Shown here: positions 1 through 9,807 of the stretch, piece by piece
Layout of the letters: every line of letters begins with the position of its first letter
Numbering within the stretch: the first letter of the stretch is position 1
IMG/VR virus record: IMGVR_UViG_3300025018_000139
Reading direction: 5' to 3' (one strand)
Origin: an uncultured virus (IMG/VR IMGVR_UViG_3300025018_000139)
Taxonomy: Duplodnaviria; Heunggongvirae; Uroviricota; Caudoviricetes
DNA: 64,000 nucleotides
Notes under the pieces: model-generated
The model's database searches: none
The model's input: only the letters and a program-made list of their open reading frames with translations
What the model was told of the DNA's origin: nothing
Program-made: the position numbers and the translations under genes

Positions 1-1
1 T

Positions 2-415
2 GGAAATGCTAGTGTTTTTGGAAATGCTAGGGTTTTTGGAAATGCTTGTGTTTCTGGAAATTCAGTAGTTGAAGAATCTGCTGAAATTTATGGGCATTCC
101 GACATTTGTGAAGAAGCTCGTATCTACGGATTTGCCAGGATTTGTGATTGTGCTTTAGTTTGCGGGAGAGCGGCTGTTTTTGGTAACTCTTATATTCATG
201 GACATGCCAGCATTCATGGAAACACTTTGGTTTGTGAATCGGCAGAAGTTTTTGAAATAGCCAAAATTAAAGGAAGCTCCATTGTTAAAGGAAAAGCAAG
301 AGTGAGAGGAGAGTCAGAAGTTACAAGCAAATGTTTTCAATTTAATTTTGAATATTCTTTTATTTCAGAAAATGAGAATGAAAAAGTAGAAGAACTTGAG
401 CATGCTAACGCATAA
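2..415 (+). CDS. Hexapeptide-repeat (left-handed beta-helix-like) protein, family copy A, 5'-truncated by window edge
   Basis: Frame open from position 2 (GNASVFGNARVFGNACVS...), same C-terminal tail (FQFNFEYSFI...E-rich) as the other copies. Confidence 0.85.
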   Translation, partial: GNASVFGNARVFGNACVSGNSVVEESAEIYGHSDICEEARIYGFARICDCALVCGRAAVFGNSYIHGHASIHGNTLVCESAEVFEIAKIKGSSIVKGKARVRGESEVTSKCFQFNFEYSFISENENEKVEELEHANA

Positions 416-941
416 AAAAAATTGGCTTCAAAACAACGATGTTTTATTTGAAAAAATAAAAAATTCTTTAAATTTCAAAGAGCATATAATTGAAATGTAT
501 GGGAAGAAAATTCCTATGCCAAGGCTTATAAGTTATCACGGAAATGAAAGTTATTCTTATTCTGGACAAATTCATAAAGCAGAACCTTGGACAGAAGAAC
601 TTTTATTTATCAAATCAGAACTAGAAAAATTCTCTGGTTATGAATTTAATTCTTGCCTCGCCAACCTTTATAGAGACGGAAAAGATTCAGTTTCCCCACA
701 TTCTGATGATGAAAAAGAAATAGGTCCAGTTGTTGCAAGCGTTTCACTTGGAGCACCTCGAAGATTTTTAATTCAAATCAAAGATAAGTCGGAGCCAATC
801 CAAGAATTTTTGCTTGGAAACGGAGATTTGATTATTATGCATGAAGGGGTTCAAAAGACTCATGTTCACTGGGTTCCAAAAACAAAGAAAAAAGTTGGCG
901 AAAGAATAAATCTTACATTTCGACAAGGAATTAGAAAATGA
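402..941 (+). CDS. alkB: AlkB-family 2OG-Fe(II) dioxygenase (ALKBH2/3-like)
   Basis: NSCLANLYRDG, HSDDE (HxD), HWVPK and RINLTFR motifs; ATG at 402 preferred over TTG at 396. Confidence 0.92.
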   Translation: MLTHKKNWLQNNDVLFEKIKNSLNFKEHIIEMYGKKIPMPRLISYHGNESYSYSGQIHKAEPWTEELLFIKSELEKFSGYEFNSCLANLYRDGKDSVSPHSDDEKEIGPVVASVSLGAPRRFLIQIKDKSEPIQEFLLGNGDLIIMHEGVQKTHVHWVPKTKKKVGERINLTFRQGIRK

Positions 942-1372
942 GCACATTTGATTTTAACGATGGAAATGGTCCTGTTCCCGCGAAGCGGCATAGAAATCCC
1001 AATGGATCGGAAGGAGGCTGGGTTGCAGATAGTGCTTCTGTTAGAAATTCTGCTTTTATTGGAAAAAATGCAAAGATTTTTGGAAATTCTTTGGTTTTTG
1101 GAGATGCTCAGGTTTTTGGAAAAGCTCAGGTTTATGGAAATGCTGTGGTTTCTGGAAATGTTTGGGTTTTTGGAAAAGCTAGGGTTTTTGGAAATGCTCG
1201 GGTTTTTGGAAATGCTGAGATTTCTGGGAATGCTGAGGTTTATGGAAATTCAAAAATAAAAGAAAAATCAAAAATCAAAAATAAGAAATTTCAATTTGAT
1301 TTCAATTATTCTTTTATCCAAAAATTTGAAGAAGAATTAGAGCCGATTAAAGAAAAAGAATTAGCAGATTAG
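938..1372 (+). CDS. Hexapeptide-repeat protein, copy B
   Basis: Head FDFNDGNGPVPAKRHRNPNGSEGGWVADSA, G(N/D/K)AxV(F/Y/S) repeats, tail FQFDFNYSFI. Confidence 0.9.
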   Translation: MSTFDFNDGNGPVPAKRHRNPNGSEGGWVADSASVRNSAFIGKNAKIFGNSLVFGDAQVFGKAQVYGNAVVSGNVWVFGKARVFGNARVFGNAEISGNAEVYGNSKIKEKSKIKNKKFQFDFNYSFIQKFEEELEPIKEKELAD

Positions 1373-1394
1373 CACATTTTTGATTGAAAAGGTC

Positions 1395-1422
1395 TTGACA
1401 TCGGACTCGCAAAGCTTATATT
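1395..1422 (+). promoter_or_regulatory. Sigma70-type promoter
   Basis: TTGACA-N16-TATATT in the intergenic gap before the 1452 ORF. Confidence 0.75.
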
Positions 1423-1451
1423 GAAAGCTCCCTCCAGCCTTCGATGAGACC

Positions 1452-1844
1452 ATGCGCAAGAAGATCATAAAGCAATGCCTTCACCTTGCTCGGGCAAAAA
1501 ACAATCCCGAGTCCCACCCAGAATACAACAATTTTCACCATTTCTCTTTTATTGTTCAAAACAATAAAATTCTTGAAATGGGATTTAATCGAAAGGGTCC
1601 GCCCCTAGAGGGCTTTGGATACTCCCAAGAGTTTGGAAAAATCCATTCCGAGAACGATGTTTATCGTAAGGCCAAGGGAATCATTGATCATTCTAAGCCT
1701 TTTGATATTGTTAATATTCGTCTAAATAAGCGCGGTCAGCTTAGGCTTTCAAAGCCTTGTTCTTGTTGCGCAAGCTTTTTGCGTGTGGTAGGATGTCGAC
1801 ACGTCTACTTCTCCACGAATGACGGATTTGCAAAGGTTGTATGA
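1452..1844 (+). CDS. Cytidine/deoxycytidylate deaminase-fold protein
   Basis: HSE (HxE) and KPCSCC (PCxxC) zinc-deaminase motifs. Confidence 0.8.
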   Translation: MRKKIIKQCLHLARAKNNPESHPEYNNFHHFSFIVQNNKILEMGFNRKGPPLEGFGYSQEFGKIHSENDVYRKAKGIIDHSKPFDIVNIRLNKRGQLRLSKPCSCCASFLRVVGCRHVYFSTNDGFAKVV

Positions 1845-2206
1845 AAATTATGAGAATTTGGCTTGACGATGAAAGACCCGCTCCACAAGGCTGGCTTCTC
1901 GTTAAATCAGCTCAAGAAATGATTTCCATATTGAAAGATTCGAAGGTTTTTGAAATTTCTTTGGATAACGATCTTGGATTAGAAGATCAAGAAGGATATG
2001 ATGTTGTCAAATTTCTTGAAGAAGCCGTCTTCAATGATCCTTCCATTCACATTCCAATTATTCATGTTCATACAGCCAATCCTGTTGCTAGGCAAAAGAT
2101 GTTGGCAGGAATTGAAAATATTAAAAAATTTAAAGTGACAAAATATACTTCTCCTCGCTATGATGAAGTATATTTTGAAGGAGTAAAAATTCTAAATGAG
2201 CAATAA
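1841..2206 (+). CDS. Cyclic-phosphate-processing receiver-like domain protein
   Basis: RIWLDDERPAP, ISLDNDLG, GYDVVKFLE and IHVHTANPVAR motifs typical of this phage family. Confidence 0.75.
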   Translation: MKIMRIWLDDERPAPQGWLLVKSAQEMISILKDSKVFEISLDNDLGLEDQEGYDVVKFLEEAVFNDPSIHIPIIHVHTANPVARQKMLAGIENIKKFKVTKYTSPRYDEVYFEGVKILNEQ

Positions 2207-2696
2207 GTTATTCTTTGATTTTAATGATGGAAAAGGTCCGGTTCCGGCCCATCGCCATGTTAATCCTGATGGAACGGAAGGCGGTTGGGTGGCGGATAGT
2301 GCTTTTGTTGAATCAACATGTTTTGTTGGAAAAGATGCAAAGGTTTATGGAAAAGCTAGGGTTTCTGAAAAAGCTGAGGTTTTTAGTGGAGCTCAAGTTT
2401 TTGGAAATGCTCAAGTTTCTGGAAATGCTTGGATTTATGATAATGCTCAGGTTTTTGGAAATGCTGAGGTTTATGGAAATGCTTGTGTTTTTGAAAATGC
2501 TCAGGTTTCTGGAGATGCTAGGGTTTTTGGAGAGGCTTTGATTTATGGCAACTCAAAAATCAGAGGCGCTTCAGACATTAAAGGAAACTCCAGAATTCAT
2601 AATAAGTCTTTTAGATTTAATTTTTCTTACTCAGACATAATCTGTGAAGAATCTGATTTTAAAAAAGAAACAATTGAAGAAAAAGTCCAAGCATGA
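2196..2696 (+). CDS. Hexapeptide-repeat protein, copy C
   Basis: Same head (FDFNDGKGPVPAHRHVNPDGTEGGWVADSA), repeat core and tail (FRFNFSYSDI). Confidence 0.9.
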   Translation: MSNKLFFDFNDGKGPVPAHRHVNPDGTEGGWVADSAFVESTCFVGKDAKVYGKARVSEKAEVFSGAQVFGNAQVSGNAWIYDNAQVFGNAEVYGNACVFENAQVSGDARVFGEALIYGNSKIRGASDIKGNSRIHNKSFRFNFSYSDIICEESDFKKETIEEKVQA

Positions 2697-3178
2697 ACAT
2701 CTTCGTTTTAGATTACGATCCTCAAAAAGCGGCCGCTTTGCACTGCGATCGTCACGTCATAAAAATGATTCTTGAATCAGCACAAATGCTGTGCTCTTCA
2801 ATTCATTGTCATGACAAGAGTCGGGCAGTAAAATATAAGCCGACTCATATAAACCATCCTTGCACCATTTGGGCACGAAAAAGCCGAGACAACTTTATGT
2901 GGCTCGTTCAGTTGTCTAAGGCGCTTGTTGACGAACACCTCTTGAGGTATCCGCGGTCAAGCGAACACAAGTCAGCCAACGTCATTAGGGACTGCGAGAG
3001 CTTATTTCATGTCATTCCAAAAGGGTACATGACCGAATTTGCTCAGGCTATGCCTGACGAATATAAAAAAGAATGCGCGGTCGATGCATATCAAGAATTC
3101 TATAGAAAAGACAAGGTAAGATTTGCAACATGGAAATCGCCTAGGTCAACTCCTCAATTTATGCTAGCTGGCTATTGA
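2693..3178 (+). CDS. Pyrimidine-dimer DNA glycosylase/endonuclease V-like protein
   Basis: MNIFVLD, HCDRHVIKMILESAQML, YKPTHINHPCTIW and FAQAMPDEYK signatures. Confidence 0.8.
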   Translation: MNIFVLDYDPQKAAALHCDRHVIKMILESAQMLCSSIHCHDKSRAVKYKPTHINHPCTIWARKSRDNFMWLVQLSKALVDEHLLRYPRSSEHKSANVIRDCESLFHVIPKGYMTEFAQAMPDEYKKECAVDAYQEFYRKDKVRFATWKSPRSTPQFMLAGY

Positions 3179-3210
3179 CTTGCTTTTAACCCATGATTAG
3201 ACTTTCAGAC

Positions 3211-3630
3211 ATGAAAGACAACAGCATCAACTCTTTTAAAATGCAACTCCCCCAACCTCCTAATGGCTGGGATTGGGAAATGATAGTTCATATCGGAATT
3301 ATCCTTTGCGGACCAGATGGTCGTGCATTTTATTGCCTTTATCCTGACGATAAAAATGCAAAGCTGGCTTATGCGATCGATGCTTTTTATATTGAAGATT
3401 TTCGAATTGCTGTATCTTGCTTATCTTCTCATATCGGTACATTTAAAATGTTTAATACTAATGGAGGGATTTCAGACAACATCGAAACCGATCCAGCTAA
3501 AACTTTTCTAAAGTATCTTAATGATCGTCAAAGTAAATTGGGTAATGTAGATATTACCAAGTACGGAATTCTTGAATTTGACTGCAATGGAAATGTATGG
3601 GTTTCACTGAAAGAGCTTTCAAATGAATAA
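3211..3630 (+). CDS. Hypothetical protein
   Basis: ORF; start moved to ATG 3211 because TTGACT-N17-TAGACT (3175-3203) overlaps the longer start. Confidence 0.6.
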   Translation: MKDNSINSFKMQLPQPPNGWDWEMIVHIGIILCGPDGRAFYCLYPDDKNAKLAYAIDAFYIEDFRIAVSCLSSHIGTFKMFNTNGGISDNIETDPAKTFLKYLNDRQSKLGNVDITKYGILEFDCNGNVWVSLKELSNE

Positions 3631-3806
3631 TGACGAATCTTTTGGAAATGCATTAATTAGGGCATTACACGAAGCAAAAATTTTTGTGAAGTCCAAAACA
3701 TGGGCTGATCATCGATTTGTTTGGATTGCCTTGTCCGCTGTTGGAATTAAGATTTCAATCCTGGATCAAGATCAGGAAATTAAAGATGCATTGAAAGAAT
3801 TAAAAA

Positions 3807-4217
3807 ATGAGTAAATCAAATGATCCAATTTATCGGTCATCATTTCCTGAACTAACAAATGAAAAATTGGAAGAATTACTAATTGAAAAAAGGCAAATAT
3901 CTAAGGACAAATTTTTACTAAGCCAACTTTCATTTGGCTTGGCTTCTCTTTTTTCAATTACGACCTATATAATTGCTAGTGTTGACGAGTCCCTTCCTAC
4001 AAATATCTTGCTTATTGTTGGAATTGTCTCTTTGATTGTTTCTTTTATCTCAATTCGATCAATAATATTTCTGATATTTATATCAGAAAGAATCAAGGAA
4101 AATAAAACACAGATTACGAGAGAAAATATAAGAATCTTAATAAAGCAAAAAAATCTGAATTCAGAAGGTTTGCTTTATATTTCTCCTCATAAGCAATATC
4201 ATCACGATCATTTTTGA
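3807..4217 (+). CDS. Membrane protein with two predicted TM helices
   Basis: Two long hydrophobic stretches. Confidence 0.65.
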   Translation: MSKSNDPIYRSSFPELTNEKLEELLIEKRQISKDKFLLSQLSFGLASLFSITTYIIASVDESLPTNILLIVGIVSLIVSFISIRSIIFLIFISERIKENKTQITRENIRILIKQKNLNSEGLLYISPHKQYHHDHF

Positions 4218-4219
4218 AC

Positions 4220-4248
4220 TTGACATGAGGGCCAGAACGATCTAAAGT
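4220..4248 (+). promoter_or_regulatory. Sigma70-type promoter, probably leaderless transcript
   Basis: TTGACA-N17-TAAAGT, ATG follows after a 6-nt gap. Confidence 0.7.
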
Positions 4249-4254
4249 GAGTTT

Positions 4255-4512
4255 ATGGACGAACTCAAAGAAAAACTCAGTGCCCTAGTTGAATCTGCCG
4301 AATCATACGACGATGCTTGTGATGAGCTTAGCGATGCAATGTATGAAATTGAAGAGGCTCTTGATGATTCAGGCGCAAATGACGAATTAAAAGGTAAAAT
4401 AGAGGCATTTCTTAAAAAATATGATCCAATTTTGGATCGGGGAAATGACATGATTTGTGAAGTTGATGATCTTCTTCAATCTATAGAAGATAATCAATCA
4501 ACAAAGAATTAA
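4255..4512 (+). CDS. Small, highly acidic helical protein
   Basis: 85 aa, D/E-rich, with its own promoter. Confidence 0.75.
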   Translation: MDELKEKLSALVESAESYDDACDELSDAMYEIEEALDDSGANDELKGKIEAFLKKYDPILDRGNDMICEVDDLLQSIEDNQSTKN

Positions 4513-5153
4513 GGATATTATGATCGCAAAATTTGATCCAGATGCAATTATTGCTTATGACTTGGAAAGGAAAAATCCAGCAAGCGATGATATTCATTCT
4601 CTTATTCGGAACATTGCTGACAAGCCTCATAGGGCGCCCGTATATATCAAACAAGAAATAGAAGATGCTGTCGAAAATCGAACCAAAGAACTTCTCAAAG
4701 AAAATGAAGATCTAAAAGAAGTCTTGCGACTTTACAGAGAACTCTTGTTGACAACCAAACCAAAGAGCTTAAATTGAAGCTATGAGCCAGACAAACGAAT
4801 TCTTAGAAATTTATCGATTGCAAGTGCTATGAACATAAAAATGATAAAAATTCCTTCAGGCCCAGATTGGCAATCCAAATTGACAAATGAGGAAAAGCTT
4901 TATTTTCCTTGTGTTGAAAATGAGATCGAGCGCACACCGCCAACACCTAAATGGAGCTTTTTAAGCGATAAAGATGTAATTGACATAAAACGTCGCTTGC
5001 GCTTAATCATAAACAAATTGAACAATGACAAGCGAGGAACTCCAGAAGCTCTTTTTGAAACAATCAAAAGGATTACAGAAAATGCAATTATTCCAAAAGC
5101 TTTGCACATTTATCCTTGGAATATGAATTTTCAGAAAAAAAGGAAGGAAAGGA

Positions 5154-5447
5154 ATGGACGAAAATAATAAATTGTATGCATTCTGTGAGTGTAGCAATAT
5201 GAATTTCTCAACCTATCTTCATGCTGAGGTAACAAAAGTTCATGATGATGGAATGGTTTCAGTAAAAGGCTATACAGGTTGTAAATTTGTTCCCGTTCTC
5301 TTGTTACCTCTTGAGGCTGGCCAAAAACTTGGAAAAGAAGTAGACAAAACAAATAAAGAGATTCATGACAAGATTGGCGATGCAATACATAGCGGCACAG
5401 CAAGGCTAAGATCTTTGCTTAAAAGAACCGTCCCTTCAATCAAATAG
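5154..5447 (+). CDS. Hypothetical protein
   Basis: ORF with upstream AGGA, translationally coupled to neighbours. Confidence 0.6.
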   Translation: MDENNKLYAFCECSNMNFSTYLHAEVTKVHDDGMVSVKGYTGCKFVPVLLLPLEAGQKLGKEVDKTNKEIHDKIGDAIHSGTARLRSLLKRTVPSIK

Positions 5448-5456
5448 AAAGCTAAA

Positions 5457-6311
5457 ATGAATAATAACGATAAAATCAACAAGATCTTGTCGAACATTAA
5501 AAAAGCAGCAGAAGCCTTATCTGAGGCTGATCATATCATTGTAACATCTGGTGCAGGAATGAGTACCGATTGTGGAATGCCAGACTTTCGAGGGAAAGAT
5601 GGGTTCTGGAATGCCTATCCAAAATACAAAGAGCTTGGATTAAATTTTTACGATCTAGCTCAGGCTAAATGGTTTAAAGAAGATCCTCATCTTGCTTGGG
5701 GATTTTATGGCCATAGGAAAAACATGTACCAGAATTGTGTTCCACATTTTGGATACAATTTTCTTAAAGAATTGTCCTTGAAAAAAGATATGTTCTTTAT
5801 TACATCAAATGTAGATGGATTATTTGAAAAGTCAGGAATTGACAAAAATAGGATTTGGGAAATTCACGGCTCAATTCACAAATTTCAACATATTGAAACT
5901 CATTGGTATGACAAAGATAATCTTTCAAATGAAATCATTTCATCGGAAGGGTACGATATCGAAATCGATGAAAGCATGAGAATCAAAGATCTTCCCAAAA
6001 AAGACGGTCTTATTCTTCGTCCAAATATTGCGATGTTTGGAGATTACAATTGGAATCAAAAAGAAGCATTGAGGCAACAAGAAGCATTTAATGCTTGGGA
6101 ATTTGGTGTCCATGGGAAAATTGCAATTTTGGAATGTGGAGCAGGCGTTGCCATTCCTTCCATTCGAATGATTGGAGAAAGTTTAAAAAATAAATATTCT
6201 GCCAATTTTATTAGGATTAATACTGATGATTATGGTTGTTTATCAGGCATCCCTATCCCAATTAATGGAGAAAAGGCATTTAAAGCTATTTCAAGCCTTA
6301 TGCAGCAATAA
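5457..6311 (+). CDS. Sir2-family NAD-dependent deacylase
   Basis: SGAGMSTDCGMPDFRG, TSNVDGLF, EIHGS and LRPNIAMFGD motifs. Confidence 0.92.
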   Translation: MNNNDKINKILSNIKKAAEALSEADHIIVTSGAGMSTDCGMPDFRGKDGFWNAYPKYKELGLNFYDLAQAKWFKEDPHLAWGFYGHRKNMYQNCVPHFGYNFLKELSLKKDMFFITSNVDGLFEKSGIDKNRIWEIHGSIHKFQHIETHWYDKDNLSNEIISSEGYDIEIDESMRIKDLPKKDGLILRPNIAMFGDYNWNQKEALRQQEAFNAWEFGVHGKIAILECGAGVAIPSIRMIGESLKNKYSANFIRINTDDYGCLSGIPIPINGEKAFKAISSLMQQ

Positions 6312-6312
6312 A

Positions 6313-7017
6313 TTATCTTGCTAGAGAAAACATATGCTGAGAACTAAAATATTCAGCACCACCTGAAGCTATTTTTTCTTCAAATTGTTGTCCAAGGCCA
6401 TCTTTATGAGAATTTAGAGCGTCAACTAATTTTTTATGATTCATAATTGCTGAAGCAGAGCTAACTCCGCCGCCACCAGATCTATAGGCATGATTTAAGA
6501 AATCGGCAGAAGGACCAAAGTGAGTTGAAAAGCAATCGTCTTCTTTTGAATCAGTTTTTGTATCATCAACCAAGTCCAAGGCAGAACGTTTACTTGTATC
6601 AAAAGGTAATGCCTGTATGTCCGATCTATTATTTTTATAGTATTTCCATACGGATTTTGCCGAAGAACTAACAGAAGAACGATCAGGCATCAAAGTTTTG
6701 CTGGGGACGTGATTCATGGCAATATCATACATGGTTGGTCCAAATCCCTTTACGGCAGCAACAGACGTTATCTCCCAGGCATCATGACAAGGACCCCATC
6801 CTTCATGTTTTCTCACGGTAATATTTCCAAGAATCATTGATTTGTCAATAATCATCTTTTTTTCTTTTTTCATTGTTTGAACAAAAGAAACTGCATCATA
6901 CAAAACAAAATGCATGGAATTTCCCTGCTCAGACTTATATAATCCAAAATTATCAATATTTGCTTGCATCGCTTCAAGCAAAACCATTCTAATATATTTG
7001 CGTAAATTCTTCATCAT
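6313..7017 (-). CDS. Hypothetical protein, possible divergent GNAT-like fold, putative virion protein
   Basis: SVAAVKGFGPTMYDIAM resembles a GNAT motif A; N-terminus KNLRKYIRMVLLE. Confidence 0.5.
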   Translation of the reverse strand: MMKNLRKYIRMVLLEAMQANIDNFGLYKSEQGNSMHFVLYDAVSFVQTMKKEKKMIIDKSMILGNITVRKHEGWGPCHDAWEITSVAAVKGFGPTMYDIAMNHVPSKTLMPDRSSVSSSAKSVWKYYKNNRSDIQALPFDTSKRSALDLVDDTKTDSKEDDCFSTHFGPSADFLNHAYRSGGGGVSSASAIMNHKKLVDALNSHKDGLGQQFEEKIASGGAEYFSSQHMFSLAR

Positions 7018-7346
7018 TAAAATCCCATACTTATTTGGCTTCCAAGAGCCTTTGAAACAATCTCATTTGAGCAGCCTTCCAATGATTTAGATTTGCATTT
7101 AAAACCAAGCATCTCAGCTTTTTTGATTGCGCGGTCCATTAAAGATCTTTGAGTTATATCGGATTTATAAGGCAATTCTTTCATTTTTAATATTTCTTTG
7201 GCAATATCACTTAAATTTCTAGATGCTTCGATTGCATTTGTCTGATTCCAAAAATTGTTGTATTCTCTCTTTGTCACACTGCCGTAGACCATGTGATCTC
7301 GTGATTCAATCAATTCAAGTATCACTTTCTTTAAAATGCTGCTCAT
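7017..7346 (-). CDS. Hypothetical protein (start revised to MSSILKKVILELIES)
   Basis: The longer ORF overlaps copy D on the other strand; ATG 7346 is preceded by ATATTTATA. Confidence 0.65.
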   Translation of the reverse strand: MSSILKKVILELIESRDHMVYGSVTKREYNNFWNQTNAIEASRNLSDIAKEILKMKELPYKSDITQRSLMDRAIKKAEMLGFKCKSKSLEGCSNEIVSKALGSQISMGF

Positions 7347-7408
7347 ATGTCTATAAATATTGTTTTTAATGCTGTTTTTTAAAGAAATGGAAGAAAAGGA
7401 ATTAGAAA

Positions 7409-7960
7409 ATGAGCACATTTGATTTTGAAGACGGAAATGGGCCAGTCCCCGCGAAGCGGCATAGAAATCCCAATGGTTCAATCGGTGGCTGGGTTGCGGA
7501 TTCTGCTTCTGTGGCATTGTCTGCTTTTATTGAAAAAGATGCTTTGGTTTTTGGAAATGCTAAGATTTATGGAGATGCTAGTGTTTCTGGAGATGCTTTA
7601 ATTTATGGAAATGCCCAGGTTTATGGAGATGCTCGTGTTTCTGGAAATGCTAGGGTTTTTGGAAATTCTTGGGTTTTTGGAGATGCTAGGGTTTATGGAA
7701 AAGCTGATGTTTCTGGAAAGGCTAGGGTTTATGGAAATGCTAGGGTTTATGGAAAAGCTTGGGTTTGTGGAAAAGCTCAGGTTTATGGAAAAGCTCAGGT
7801 TTATGGAAAAGCTCAGGTTTATGGAAAATCAAAAATAAAAGGAAAATCAAAAGTTTTCGATAAGAAATTCAAATTTGATTTCAATTATTCTTTCGTCGAA
7901 GAATTTGAAAAAGAAGAGATTAAAGAAGAGATTAAAGAAAAGGAATTAGAAAATGCTTAA
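7409..7960 (+). CDS. Hexapeptide-repeat protein, copy D
   Basis: Conserved head and tail, about 16 repeat units, flanked by a 21-nt direct repeat (7391-7411 and 7935-7955). Confidence 0.9.
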   Translation: MSTFDFEDGNGPVPAKRHRNPNGSIGGWVADSASVALSAFIEKDALVFGNAKIYGDASVSGDALIYGNAQVYGDARVSGNARVFGNSWVFGDARVYGKADVSGKARVYGNARVYGKAWVCGKAQVYGKAQVYGKAQVYGKSKIKGKSKVFDKKFKFDFNYSFVEEFEKEEIKEEIKEKELENA

Positions 7961-8303
7961 CAAAACAGATAATCACCCAATGAGACGATCTGATTCTCTT
8001 GAAGTATTTAACTCTCATGTAGAATGTTCCTATTGTTCACATTGTTATTATGGTCGAGATACAGAATATGACATGATTAGTAAGTGTCTTCATCCAGAAA
8101 AAGTCGTAAAAAATCCTTGGGGAGAAGGGATGGCGCCTACATGCAAAGACTCTAATCCAGAAGGACTTTGCAAACTTTTTAAGCCAAGCTTTCTAACAAA
8201 AATATTGAGATTTTTTGGAAAAAGAAAACCCATGCTCATAGAAATTAAAGAAAGGACTCTCGACACAACATTCCAGCTCAAAGATGCCGGAAGATATTAT
8301 TAA
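7953..8303 (+). CDS. Cys-rich putative zinc-binding protein
   Basis: CxxCxxC...C...C...C pattern, similar to the 11390 ORF. Confidence 0.6.
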   Translation: MLNKTDNHPMRRSDSLEVFNSHVECSYCSHCYYGRDTEYDMISKCLHPEKVVKNPWGEGMAPTCKDSNPEGLCKLFKPSFLTKILRFFGKRKPMLIEIKERTLDTTFQLKDAGRYY

Positions 8304-8304
8304 T

Positions 8305-9312
8305 ATGAAAAACAATATTTGCCTATTAACAAGATTTGACATAGATACCGAAGAAGAAGAAAAGTTTGCTTCGGAAATTTTTGAAAATTGCGTTTCATCA
8401 AGAATGCAAGTTCCTGCAAATAGTTTGGTTATCGGAAGATATTCCGTTTTGCCATTTTATAATGAACTTGAAAAAGATTTGAATTTCATAAATTCGAAGT
8501 TAATTAATAACTTCTCGCAACACAAGTTTATTGCCGATATTGAAAAATGGTATCCAATTGTTGAAGACATTTCTCCAAAAACATGGTTTTCAAGATGGGA
8601 TTTAATTCCTGAAGGAAAATATGTCGTAAAAGGAAAAACCAATTCAAGAAAATTCAAATGGAATACTCATATGTTTGCGGACTGCAAACAAAATCTTCAA
8701 AAAGTAATCAATCGACTTTATGACGATGCCTTTATTTCAGAACAAGGAATATGCGTTCGAGAATATGTTCCATTGAAAACATATGATATTGGAATGAATG
8801 GAATGCCATTTACAAATGAATGGCGCCTTTTCTTTCTTGGAAACGAACTTGTTTCTTATGGGTATTATTGGTCAATTTATGAAAGAGAGAATCCCGAAGA
8901 TCTTCCAAAAGAAGCAATTGATTTTGCTCAAATGGCTGCCAAAAGAGTTTCAGAACATACAAATTTCTTTGTTTTGGATATTGCCCAGAAAGAAGATGGA
9001 GAATGGATATTGATTGAGATTAATGACGGACAAATGTCAGGACTTTCAACAATTGATCCTTCTTCATTTTATAAAAACCTGTTAAAGGTTGCATCTGATT
9101 CATACAAATTTGATTTGCTAAATGAAGGTCCGAAAACAAGGGTGTTACTCACTCGCTCATGTCGTAATTGTTTTCATTGTGAAACAAAATACTATGCCAT
9201 ACAAGGTGATAGCGGATATGACGTATCATGCAAATTGGCAAAGCGAGAAATTGGAGATAGCACATGGGCCACGCCCAATTGGTGTCCAATTCAATCAAAT
9301 CCAGAGGAATAA
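8305..9312 (+). CDS. ATP-grasp domain protein (R2K-clade-like) with Cys-rich C-terminal tail
   Basis: VREYVPL, NEWRLFF, FFVLDIA and WILIEINDGQMSGL motifs. Confidence 0.8.
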   Translation: MKNNICLLTRFDIDTEEEEKFASEIFENCVSSRMQVPANSLVIGRYSVLPFYNELEKDLNFINSKLINNFSQHKFIADIEKWYPIVEDISPKTWFSRWDLIPEGKYVVKGKTNSRKFKWNTHMFADCKQNLQKVINRLYDDAFISEQGICVREYVPLKTYDIGMNGMPFTNEWRLFFLGNELVSYGYYWSIYERENPEDLPKEAIDFAQMAAKRVSEHTNFFVLDIAQKEDGEWILIEINDGQMSGLSTIDPSSFYKNLLKVASDSYKFDLLNEGPKTRVLLTRSCRNCFHCETKYYAIQGDSGYDVSCKLAKREIGDSTWATPNWCPIQSNPEE

Positions 9313-9352
9313 ATATGAATACTGAAACTTTTGATTTTGGTAGAGGCAGGAC

Positions 9353-9380
9353 TTGACAACAGCTTCAACGATCTTAGAAT
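9353..9380 (+). promoter_or_regulatory. Sigma70-type promoter, probably leaderless transcript
   Basis: TTGACA-N16-TAGAAT, ATG 9387 after a 6-nt gap. Confidence 0.7.
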
Positions 9381-9386
9381 GAAAGA

Positions 9387-9761
9387 ATGAGCGAAGCTTA
9401 CACAATCCAAATCTGGGACGATGTAAACGGCTGGGATGGCCCAGACCATACCATGTCCCGTCATGAGGCTTGGCGAGCCGTACGCAACGTCAAGAAGGCG
9501 TGCGTCTATCGGGATAACGTCTGCGTGTATTCTCGCGGCCTCCAAACAACTTATCATGTTTTGATGGTAAAGTTTGCTGATCGTTTTGTGCCGATTTTTG
9601 CGCATCAAGATCGAAAAAAAGTTGAAACCTTTCGCTTGACTTGGCAGAGCTTTGAATCTACAATCGAGACTCAAGGCATCGAAAAACCAAATGTTAACGC
9701 TCTGCTTTCGGATTGTGACTTTTGGGTATCTGAAATATCTAACCGAGATTATGAATGTTAA
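9387..9761 (+). CDS. Hypothetical early protein
   Basis: ORF directly after a promoter, GC-richer codons. Confidence 0.7.
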   Translation: MSEAYTIQIWDDVNGWDGPDHTMSRHEAWRAVRNVKKACVYRDNVCVYSRGLQTTYHVLMVKFADRFVPIFAHQDRKKVETFRLTWQSFESTIETQGIEKPNVNALLSDCDFWVSEISNRDYEC

Positions 9762-9807
9762 TCTTTTTCTGGATTCTTAAATCAAACCAAAAGAAAGACA
9801 AAAGAAA

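Noticed and set aside
1061..1250. 18-nt periodic repeats as a possible CRISPR array
   Set aside because: No spacers; the repeats are in-frame coding units and no cas genes are present
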